DNA from: Monocercomonoides exilis PA203
Taxonomy: Eukaryota > Protista > Preaxostyla
Direction of reading: 5' to 3'
Assembly: GCA_001643675.2 (NCBI GenBank)
Contig: LSRY02000002.1
Location: forward strand, 620,001 to 684,000
Length of the DNA: 64,000 nucleotides
Part shown: positions 1 to 11,500 of the stretch, in pieces
How the letters are laid out: every line of letters begins with the position of its first letter
Position numbering within the stretch: position 1 is the stretch's first letter
Made by a program: the position numbers and the translations under genes
Notes under the pieces: model-generated
The model's input: the letters and a program-made list of their open reading frames with translations, nothing else
Told to the model about the DNA's origin: nothing
The model's database searches: none

Positions 1-2173
1 AGCTCTCTCTCCTCTCTTCCTGCTTTTCTTGTCCAGACCCACCCCAGTCGCTTCCCCAGCCAGAGCCGTCTTGCTTCTCAGCGCTTTGGGGCAGTGCACT
101 TGTTGGATCCGGCTCACCCCATCCATCGCTTGCGGACTCTGAGGAATCGCTCCATCCGCCCCATCCTTTGCTGCCTTTGGATCCAGATGCATCCTTTTTT
201 GTGCGCTGCTCAGGCTTCTCGCTGGATTCTTCAGTACCCCAGCCATCGCTTTGGAACGAACTTGATGTTGAAGAAGTCGAAGAGGATGAAGGAGCAGAAG
301 CAGCAGCAGCAGAAGAAGAAGAAGAAGATGTTTCATTCCCCCATCCATCTGATACTGCTTGAGGTTGATTGTCAGCCGGCTCTCCCCATCCACCTGAAGA
401 AGACGAATCAGCTGCAGACTTCTCCTCTCCCCAGCCATCAGTGCCCCAGCTGCTTTTATGAGACTGATCTGACTTTGCCGATGACTTTGCTGTTTGTGGC
501 GACGATGCAAAAGAACTCGAATTAGCTGCCGGGGCCGTAGCAGAAGTCGATTCACTGCCCCATCCGTCAGACACCCCCTGCTGTGCACCAGCTTCGTATC
601 CACTTCCCCATCCGTCGCTACTTCCTTCGCCTTTCCCGTCTCCCTCCGCATCCCACGACGACCAACCAGCACTGCGTTTTGGCTTTCCGCCAGTTCTTCC
701 TCCGAAGCTGTCGTTGTGCTGGCTGCGGCTCCAGTCATCGCGTGTGCTTCTTCTGTCCTCTCTCTCCTGCCACCCGCCATTCTCTCTGTCGCCATAACTC
801 CCGCTGCTGCCAAAGCTGCCTCTTCCTCGAAACTCCCCGTCTCGCTCGCTGCTTCTCCTCGACGAATATCCAAAGTCTCTTGTTGCATCGTCCCTCCATC
901 CACCGCCTCCTCCTCCACATCCACCTTCTCCTCCCCTTCCCCTTCCTCTTCCTCTTCCTCGCTGCCCTCTATCGAAGCTCCGCCCTCCTCCGTCGTAGGA
1001 GCGCTGAGACGAATATGAACGGTCCTCTCCATCAGGATAGCGCGAGCTGGACTGCCAAGATCTACTGCCTGAGCTTCGGCCTCCTCGAAATGACGAAGAC
1101 GATGATGACGACGATGATGAAGACTCATATGAGCTGTTGTTACACCTTCCATCTTGCTCTTGCCCCCAGTCAGAGGAACCAGAATCAGAAGAAGAAAAAG
1201 ATGATGATGATGACGAAGATGAGGAGGAGGACGAAGGAGAAGAGTCCCAAGCAGAATCAGTATTACTCGTAGAAAATGAGGAGGAAGAGGAAGATGATCC
1301 TGTCCCCCACCCTGAATCGCTTCCTTCTGCACTTCCCCAGCCATTGTCTTGCTTTGCTTGTGTGGAAGAAGCTCCAGCTGAACTTGATTCTCCCCAGCCA
1401 TCGCTCGCACTCGAAGACGTTGCTTCCCAAGGAGATGGCTCTGCATCACTTTTGCTCTTTTCGATGCTCGATTGCTGGTCTTTTGCTTGCCAACTGCTTT
1501 TGTGTTGATCTGTCATGGAGGACTCGCTTGAAGAACCAGATTGCCCCCAATCATCTGCATCTGATTCATTAGCACTCCAATTTCCCCAATCCGAATTTTT
1601 AGCATCGCTTCCTTTTTCTTTGCTTGCGTTGCTCTTGCTTGGGAGATTGTTTCTTGCTGAGTTTCGTATTTTCTCATCAGCTATCGATTTTCCTTTTGAA
1701 TCATCAACTATGCATTGTTCATTGTTCATATCTGAAGAAGATATGCCCACCTGCCAGCCACTGCTGCTCCAATTATCCTCAATTTGCTCTTCATCTCCAA
1801 TTATAGTCACTTTTTCATGTTGGTATTTTGACTGAGAAGAATGTTTTCTCTGATCTGCACTTCCTTCTTCGTTTTGTTTATCGTTACTAATTCTTATGTC
1901 ATCTGCTGAAGGCATCCCAAAGTTCTCACAGTGTCTTTCACTTTTTTGTTCACTTTCATTATTCTTTATTATTGAATCACAATTACTTCTTTTTATTGTA
2001 AATGTTGCATCATTCGAATCAAACGATTGACTTTCATTGTTCTTATTCAAATAAATATCATATTCTTTGCTTTTATCTCTCAAAGAAGAAGATTTTGATG
2101 AAACTTCAATATTTTGCTTTTCATTTTGATCTAAATTCAAAGGATCAGAAACGCATGATAATATACATTGCAT
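1..2173 (-). CDS. GW/WG-repeat and RG/RGG-repeat disordered protein (candidate Argonaute-hook protein), 3' part runs off the window
   Basis: Missing from the ORF track because it has no stop in the window. Manual translation from ATG 2173 (MQCILSCVSDPLNLDQNEK...) stays open to base 1, with at least 15 WG motifs (DGWG, SGWG, DWG, KGWGGW) and an RGQRGRGRGRGRGG / FRGRGSF block. An upstream exon from ATG 2365 is possible. Confidence 0.75.
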   Translation of the reverse strand, partial: MQCILSCVSDPLNLDQNEKQNIEVSSKSSSLRDKSKEYDIYLNKNNESQSFDSNDATFTIKRSNCDSIIKNNESEQKSERHCENFGMPSADDIRISNDKQNEEGSADQRKHSSQSKYQHEKVTIIGDEEQIEDNWSSSGWQVGISSSDMNNEQCIVDDSKGKSIADEKIRNSARNNLPSKSNASKEKGSDAKNSDWGNWSANESDADDWGQSGSSSESSMTDQHKSSWQAKDQQSSIEKSKSDAEPSPWEATSSSASDGWGESSSAGASSTQAKQDNGWGSAEGSDSGWGTGSSSSSSSFSTSNTDSAWDSSPSSSSSSSSSSSSFSSSDSGSSDWGQEQDGRCNNSSYESSSSSSSSSSSFRGGRSSGSRSWQSSSRYPDGEDRSYSSQRSYDGGGRSFDRGQRGRGRGRGRGGEGGCGGGGGGWRDDATRDFGYSSRRSSERDGEFRGRGSFGSSGSYGDRENGGWQEREDRRSTRDDWSRSQHNDSFGGRTGGKPKRSAGWSSWDAEGDGKGEGSSDGWGSGYEAGAQQGVSDGWGSESTSATAPAANSSSFASSPQTAKSSAKSDQSHKSSWGTDGWGEEKSAADSSSSGGWGEPADNQPQAVSDGWGNETSSSSSSAAAASAPSSSSTSSTSSSFQSDGWGTEESSEKPEQRTKKDASGSKGSKGWGGWSDSSESASDGWGEPDPTSALPQSAEKQDGSGWGSDWGGSGQEKQEERRES

Positions 2174-2543
2174 TTTTGTAATTAAGAGCACAATAGCGAT
2201 GTTATTGAGTTACCGTTTAAATATGTACAAAAAAGAAAGAATATATTAAAAATCAAAAATTCTCATCAAACATGTTTCCTTTATTATTTCCTCTTGCATG
2301 GTCATACACCTTGCATTTTCTTGATTTTGTTTTGATACTTCTTCGATTTGTGATATTTTGCTCATTAAGATATTTAAGATAAATTAAATAAGAAAAAAAT
2401 ATGAAATTATTATGTTTTAAAAAAAAGAATTGTATTATGAAGAATAGCTATTACTATTTATATATATTTTCTTTTTATGTGAAAGATATGAGAAAATAAT
2501 TGATGTCGATATTTATTATAGTCTCATTGATCAAAGACAGCTA

Positions 2544-5500
2544 ATGAACTTGCTGTCGTGCCTTATTTTTGCGTTAATATGTCTTCCAAAATACGTATTA
2601 CTAAATGTAAATGAAAGTAATAATGAAGAACGTTGCTTTATAAACGGAAACTCGCAGAAAAGGAGTGATCAACTAAAAAATCTAGATTGTGTATATTCTG
2701 TTACCCAGCACACACCGCATTCACAAAATTCATTTTTCTTTTCTAATTTATTAAGTACTTTACAAAAAAACTCGACATTTCATTCTTTTCTTCATTATAA
2801 CTCATTTCTTTCATCAACTTTTTATTCAGCAAATTCTTCTCTATTATTTACTTCCATATCATTTATCCAGATGCAGCGAAACTGCACACTTTTTATTAAT
2901 AATAATTCAGTTTTGGAGATTAAAAGTTGCTTTGTTTACCAATTGCAATCAGCAGTTGTTAGTCAGTTTTATTCAATTGGTGGACAATTTCTTCTCAATA
3001 ACATGTCTTTTCATTCAAGTGATACATTTCAATGCACTTCACCGTTGATAAACTCCTCGTATACTCATCTCCAATCATCTTTTCATTCAAAATTAAGCAT
3101 CGAATCTTCACAGTTCACTTCACTAAACTGTCCCTCATCTTCTTTTTTATATCTTCCTTCCCTCCGATTTTTACATATTAGTTCTTGCAAATTTTGTAAT
3201 TTCTCTTCAACTGCACCAACACTTCATGAATCATTTCATTACATTTCATGCCAAAGCATATTAAGTGGAAATGAATTTTCATCTGTTGAAAACATTTTTG
3301 GTGGATCTATCTTTTGTGGATTTCATGAATTTTCAGAATTTATTTCATTCAATTGCTCATACTTTAAATTGGCCAATTTTAGAGGAAGAGAAGAAAATGA
3401 AATCTTCACAAAACAGATTGTTATTACGCCTTCATCAGACATTAGCTTTTCTTTTGACACATTTTCCAGCTGTTGCACAAATAACAGTAAGGGAACAGAT
3501 TCAACTGACCCGACATGTTCTGGAGGAGCAATTTATGCGAGAGGACTTAAAAGGTTCGACTTGAAAATAGATAGCTGCTCATTCAAACTTTGCCAATCTG
3601 GAGCTCATGGTGGAGCTGTATATTCATCTGGAACAAGGCGTATGATGATCTCTAACTCAAATTTTACCGATTGCTATGCAAATAATGGAGAAGGTGGTGC
3701 AGTTTACAGCGGTCATAATGAAATTCATGAATGTGTTAATTCTTCAAATATCAAAAATTGCACTTCAAAGCATAAAGGAGGAGGAATTGTTATGGATGTA
3801 ATTCGTTATGAATTGATTGTCAAAACTGAACGTATGGTGTGCGGACATAATCAATTTGTCAACTGCAGCTCCTTATCAGGATGCGGAGGGTCGGCTGTTA
3901 TAACTGGATTCGGTTTGTGCAGCTATGTTGTTGGTTGCTCTTTTTTTTATTCACGTGCAGAAACGTTTGGAGGAGCACTATTTCTGCAAATTCCCAGTGA
4001 TCAAACATTTGATTATACGGTGTCGAAATGCTTTTTCCATAAAAATATTGCATGTAATGGTAAAGGCTATGATTGCTATTTTGTTGATCTGTCCAAATTA
4101 TTCAAGGATAAATCGTGCATTTCTGGCTCGTTTAGTACCACAGATAGCCCCAACAGAGTGTGGTGGGATGGCGGTGACGAATCATGTGAATGCGGAGGCT
4201 GGATTAATCACGGAGTGACTGTCCTTTATGTTGATGAAAAGCAGGGGATCGATGATATTGGCTGTGGATTTCCCACAAATTTTGGAAAACCGTGTAAAAC
4301 TCTTCAGTTTTCTATAGAAGCACCTTCTCATTGGAATACAAATCAAATTGATGTTTCAAGCGGAACGTATGAAGAGACAAGTTGCATTTTTATTGAATCT
4401 CTCTATCTTAATATTGTGGGCTCTGACAACGAAAAGCCAATAATTATTCCAAAATTTGATAAAGTGCAAGAAGCCATTTTTTATATAACGGATAGCCGTT
4501 TTATTTTATCAAAAATAGACATTATTCACACCAGATCAGATACTCCAATATTTAAGTTTTTTGGGGAATCCCCAAACATTATTCTTACAGTTGTCAACTG
4601 TTCAATAAAGCCCGAAACAAAAGCAATCGTGATGAATGTCCCTCTCTTTGATTTGAGCGTTCATCGTTCGAGAGTATCACTTTGTAACATAACAGTTTCT
4701 AACTTCCATTGCGATGGAGTACCGGTCATACTCGTAAAACCTACAATTGACATTGGAGTTTCAAAATTACGAAGCAAAAGCAATGAACATTTTCCAACTG
4801 ATCATAAGTCAATCTTACACAGAATGAATTTGGCCGAACAATACAGCAAATTTTCAGCTGACGGCCCATTCGAATCAGATCAGAATATTGGACTGGCTTT
4901 GGTTAATAGCAACTTTACATCAATTATTACCACCGGTGGTTGTCCGTGCGTTCTCGTTACAGAATTAAGTGTTGTTGAAGAAACTCATATACTTCTCTGT
5001 CAATTCAAAAGCTGTTATGCAACAGACTCCAAAGGTGGAGCGTGCAGGATAGAGATGCAAAAGTCGCAGAAAATGAAAATTAGTAATTCAACTTTTAATT
5101 TTTGCTGCACACTTTCTGATGAACAATCATCGCATGAAGCAAAGCCACAATTAAATGCAAACTCAACAGCTATTTCACAATTAAAAACAAATGAAAATGT
5201 AAATAAAGGAGGTGGTCTTTTTTGTATGCTTATGGAAAAAGCAAATGATTTTATTTTCAATAATGTGTCGTTTACTGGTAATGGAGCCAAAGTTGGAAGA
5301 GACTTGTATTTTTTGTGCATGAATATTGTTGAAACAGTGACTTTTGAAAATTTTTTGAATATCTTTTTCCCGACTTTTTTTTCTTATAACTCAATGATGG
5401 GATTTGATAGCAGAAGTTTGACAGATATCTCACTATTCGACATATTGAAATTACAAAGCAACGACATCTACGTATCCGATGAAGGAATAGCAGCTGACTG

Positions 5501-8500
5501 GTTTTTATGCGGAAATGATGACATGCCGTGTAAAACACTGTCAGTTGGAATAGAACATATAAACTTCGGCAACAATTCTCATTGCATTATAAAGAACAAC
5601 GCTCTTTTGGGAGACCCGTTTATAATCAGTTCAACGACTATTTCATCAGCAACTGAGCAATTTGCAAATGTTAGAATCCGGAACGATAAAGACGTTATTG
5701 ATGATTTAATCTATATTTTGAATAATGGCACGAACACGTTTGTGCGCATTTTGTTTGATGTAACATCAACAATATCCAATGCTGCAACCATCTTTTGTTC
5801 TAAAAGGTTACATGATGACGTTCAAAATCAGTCATTGAAGCTTGACGATTGCGATGTTTTGGTGAGTGCTGTCTATTTTTCGGATATAAATTATTTTCTG
5901 TTCAAAATCGAAGAAGGAGATCTCGTCCTATTGAACACATCAATCGAAGTTAATAGTCCTTTTGGTTATGCTTTGCTTACAAGGCCTCTTTTTCTGTTTT
6001 ATGATCAGTGCTCACTTATTGAATTCAATGAAGTAACTATATCTTCTTTTCACTTCAAGAATGATCCAGCTTTAAAATTGCTTGAAGAGCCAAAAGAAGA
6101 AACTGCCACAATTTTGTCCGGTTTGCATTCCAGCACTCAAGTCCCTCCAAATGATGGAAACGTTGAACTGAATGTCCGCTTTCACGATTCAAACATTTCA
6201 GATATAGAAACATCTGGAAATTGTCCAGCTTTCGTTGATTTCAAAGTTTTTCGGAAAAAGTCATTTATGATCGTAAGGAATGTTGATCTTTCAAGATGTG
6301 TATCTGCTCAATCAAATGAAGGGGGAGCAATGCGCTTTGATTTCCCTAACGAAGGAAGACACAATTTGTATTTTTTTGATCATTCAAATGTATATCATTG
6401 CGAATGCTCAAAGGAGAATGGAAAAGGGGGTGGGATATTTATTAGACTTCGATCCAAGCAATCAATGACCGTTATGTTTGTGCCACGATTTCGAGGTAAT
6501 GACGCATTTGTTGGGAGAGATCTTTATCTTTCTCAGGCAAATTTATTAAAAACAAATACGGAGTTTCATTTTGCCAACGATTCAGGCTTATTCAACGATG
6601 AACAAAATTCAATGATTTTTGAAGACATTGAAACAAAAACTCTCGGTGATCTTTTAGAACTTTTGGCATATAAATCCAGAATTTTGTATGTTTCAGGATT
6701 GATATTACCTGACCAGAATGCTAGAAATTGGGTTAATTGTGGTTCTGAGAAATATCCTTGTTTCTCAATTGATTATTGTGTAAAGCATCGGTCAGAAGAA
6801 ACTGAGCTACAAATTGTGTTGATGGGTCCATCTCTTTTTGAACAACCTGCAGATCTGTCATCCACAATTCTTTTATCAAAAGATGAAAAGAAAGAAATCA
6901 GCTTTGAAGGGTATCCAATTAATGAAAGCTATACATATATAGTCTCAACAGCACTTTTAACTTTCACTAACATAACTTTTTTACTCCCAACTGTAAATGT
7001 CTCTCGCCTCGTGAGTTTAATTTCGTTTTTTGACGGTCAGGTTATCATTATGAATAGCAACTTTTGCCACAGTGACAAGGCACCTAAATGTTCTGTGGAT
7101 TATTCATTAGTCACAGTTTTATCGGGTATTGTCACAGTAGAAAATGTATCTATTGACATTGGACAAGGAATTATGGGATCACCTTTATTTCATTTGTCGG
7201 TTAGCATATCGAGATTTGAATGTATTTTTGTTTCTGTTCAAAATGTCAAATTGCAGCAAGCACCGGCTATAAAATTCTCAAAGTTCAATAATCTCAATTC
7301 TGTGATCTGTTCAAGTTCATCATCTTTTAAACATAAAAGTAATTCTGTGTTAAATATTTCTTGCCAGAATTGCATTTTTAGCAACATCAAAACAAACCGA
7401 AGTTACAGCTCAGTTTTTTATTATGAAGACAGCTTATTTGTTGATGTAACATTTTCGAACACGACTTTCAATTATTGTGTTTCTGATGGATTTTCGACAG
7501 GCGGTGCTATTCATTTCTCTTTCAACCCACTCAGCTCAATTTTTGTAGGCAACTGCACTGCTTCAGGATGTAGCGCTGTTCCTGGTGTTGGTCACAGAAC
7601 CTTTTCATATGGAAGTAATTTTCATGCTCAAAGCAATAACTCTGGGAACGTGTTGGCTTCTTATAGAAGTGCGAATTATGAAACTTTGGGTGGTTGGATG
7701 TATTTATCGTTATGCTCGAATAAGACTCATCAAAAGTCCTCCGATTTATCGTCTTCGAGTGCATACGTTTCTTCAGCCGTATCATCAGATTTAAGAATTG
7801 AATTTATCGGAGACATATTTACTAATAACAAAGCAACACGCGGACGTGATTTGTTTCTGGTCGTTGATAGTATCAAAGATTCCGTGAATCCGTCACAATT
7901 CACTCTTGATTTCGATTCTGAAAATTTCAAAAAATCAAATGCTCTAATTGGAAGTGACGATAAAAATTTTTATGTTGATCTTCTGGACTATGTATACATG
8001 TATCGTGCAGAAAACTTATATTTTTCCAATCAAGGAAGCGACAGTACGCAATGTGGTAGTATTCAAAAGCCATGCAAATCGTTCCATTTACTTGCATTGC
8101 ATAGGCTTCCAGACAGAAATGCCATCGTGCACTTTCAAGGAAATGTATTCATTGATCGTTGTCTCAACGTAACTGACACTAATATTGTGCCAGGGTTTAA
8201 TGAACTACAATCGAATCTTTCTCTGTCAAGATCGTTTTATTCTTCTAAAGATTCAGTTTTGTCTATCGCCGGAAGTTTTACGATAACAAGCATGTGGATA
8301 ACTTCACAAGGATCTTCTTTTTCTGAGTACTGTACTTTCTTTAAGGGATTTGAATGCGAGATGATATTTTACAAAATTGGGTTTGACATAATTGACATTA
8401 TGAAAAATCCATTGATTTGTGTGCAAAAAGGATCATTGACCATTTTCAATAGCAATATCTCATGTATGTCTTGGAGGACTTGTTCAGCAATTGTTATTGA

Positions 8501-11500
8501 TGAGTCTTCCATTGATATTAATTTGCTATCAAAAAGTATTGATGTGAAAGAAGGCTTATTTTTTGATATTCGATCGTCAAATTCTGCTACTGAAGGTGAA
8601 CAGTCTATGTTTACATGGAAAATTACCAACTCGAGTTTCGTTAATTGTTCATTTGATCCTCCACGTGAACAGAAGAGGTGCATTGGGGCCATTGGTCTGA
8701 TGAAAGTCAATGAAAAAAGTAATGCGAAAGATGATATTATTCAAATGTTCTTGCATAACAACACTTTAAAAGATATCCATTCGTCTTCTTCTTTAAGGGG
8801 CGGTGCAATTTTCTTTGGATTAGCAGAGCCTTTATGGAGTATTTCAGTTGATTCATCCACATTTGATAATTGTAAAGTCGAAAAGGGAAATGGAGGTGGT
8901 TGTTATGTGGATATAAATCATTCTTCGAATCCTCATTTCAGCTTTCAGGATGTCATATTTACAAATAACAAAGCAAAATATGGACATTCAATGTTCTTTA
9001 GATTTGCTTTGTTAGAAACACAAGTTGTGAAAATGAAAATGCATCTTTATACCAATCTTAAGAACTTTTATCGAGAAAACTCGATTGTTGGAATTGATCC
9101 ATCAAAAAGTTCTCCAATTTTGCTGTTGCCATATTTTGATCGCGTTGAATTTCAAAGGAGGGTTGTGTCTGAACAAGGAAACAACACTAAATGTGCGAAG
9201 AATGACGAGCCCTGCAGAACTTTTAAAGCTGCAATTGATACGCTTCTACCAAGCGATGATTCTGTGGTTCTGATTGATGGAGATATCTCTGTAACAGAAG
9301 TCTGCACAATAATTAAAGGAACAATAAAGTCTCAGAACAACACGACTGAAAGTGGAAAGCTAATTTTTCAGCAAGTGAAAGAGCTTGGTAAGAGCAAAGC
9401 AGTTATAATATTGCGTGGCAATGTGTTATTCTCAAGTCTGACTTTTGCTGCTCAACTGATCGATAAAGAAATCAAATTGGAGAAAATATTTGAATGTGAA
9501 GCTGGAATGTGTATCTTCAATAATTGCACAGTGCCAACGATCAGCCTGTTGAATGCCTCTTTCATCGTGGCGGGTGGAGAACGATTTTTATTACAAAACT
9601 GCATTTTTGAACATGTCCAATCACTCTCACATTTTTTCCGTCTTGCGAATGGAACTTTAGAGCTTGAAAATTGCGATTTTTCTTCGTTTGCAATTCAAAA
9701 TTCTGTTATTCAAATAGATGGGCCTTTCTTTCTCAAAATTTCAAAATCGAAATTCAACTTGTTCAATTGCATCAATGGAATTATTAACAATAATTGTTAT
9801 TCTCTTTCAAACAAAAAAAGCATGATTCAACTGTATGCTACAAATGTCACAAATTCTAAGAATGTTGTAGATTCCACTGCGTTTTTTGAGAGCTGCAGTC
9901 CATTGTGGGCTATGATTATTTATGATTGCTATTTTTCAAATATTCAAGCATTTACCTCCAGTTTTGGAGGGTCCATTCGTTCAATGTTTGGACCTAAATC
10001 GTATTTTTATGCAAATGATTCCAGTTTTATAGAATCAAGCGCTCACCCAGTAAGTGGAAGAGGTGGGTGGCTTTACGTTAACTTCTCTCATGATTGTCCA
10101 TCTTATGACATCGTCTTCAAAATTGATGGAGGAATTATTGCCCAAAATAATGCTGCATACGGTTTAGATATTTTTATGTGTTATGAAAAGGGGACTAATA
10201 ATATTTCTAGCTGTAGCTTCACATTAAATTTCAAAAATTCATTCCTTAATCATTCAAATTCAATTTGTGGTTGTGACTGGAGGGATACTACAATTATTGA
10301 GAATCTGTATGATTATTTTGTGTTTTATAGCGATCGCATTGCATACGTTTCATCTAGTGGTGATGATTCACGTGGTTGTGGTAGCTCTGAAATGTGCTGT
10401 AAAACAATTGCAACTGCTTTGTGTCATGTACTGCCTGAAAAAGAGGATTGCCAAGTTACAATCATTGACAGTGCTTTGCTGAATGTTGGCTGCGGTATTT
10501 GCGATATCACAATTACGGCCAGTAAGGATACAGTTGGCTGTGATATTTTTGTGGATTTTGATAACAATTTGAGTTCCAGTTGTGCAATTGTTTGCGAAGG
10601 ATCAAGCCGCCTTGCGAATATCAATTTTTGCATCATAAATATTCCAATTATATCCTCGTTTAAATTAATTAAAGCGCGCAATGACAGCTTGATTATTTTC
10701 AATGTTGGTGTTGAAGTTCCACAAAACAAATTCGTGAATGACATACTGTTAGGAATGACACTGGTTTACGTTGGCGGTGGCAGTGTACAAATCAGTCAGA
10801 TGCACTTGGCGAATCTGAATTTTTTTTCAAATCCAATTCAAATATCGAATTTTGAACAATTTGTGATTGCAGAGTCAACTTTTGTTGATATATCGATAAA
10901 AAGCAGCTCGTTTATAACATTCCTCAATGAATCATCTTTTGATCAAAAGTCGCTTTTGATAAATTCAACCAACTTTACTCGCGTCAATGCAATAGATAAC
11001 CAACCATCAGTGTTATCGTCAACTGTTGGCTTAATTTTCAACATATGCGACTCATTTTTTATTTCTTGCAATGCAAATGATCGAAAAGGATCTGCCATGG
11101 AATTTCACAACTCTGTCAGTATTTCAATTGCCGGATGTACATTTATTGGATCATTAATGTTAAATTCTGCTTCATCATCATTGTCATTTCTTCCATATCC
11201 CCAGGAATTATCAGCAGGTCAGTATTTTGAAGAAGAGGAATATGCCTCTTGTGGATGGTCTCATTCTCTTGTATATATTTTTAACGCTAAATGCAGCTGC
11301 ACAAATACGCGTTTTTTGTTCTCGGAGCGTGGAGCACTTGCCGTTTCTGAGTCAAATCTGAATATTACTAATTGCACATTTGCTGGAAACTCGGCCCTGG
11401 ACAATGATTTCCCTCATATAAGACACAACATCCTTTGCGAATCTCACTCCGAAATCCAGCTGAGCAGTTTAAGTTCTGGTGATGGTACACATAATAAAGT

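Noticed and set aside
94-1835. Several plus-strand ORFs in the track
   Set aside because: Antisense shadows of the low-complexity minus-strand GW-repeat gene.
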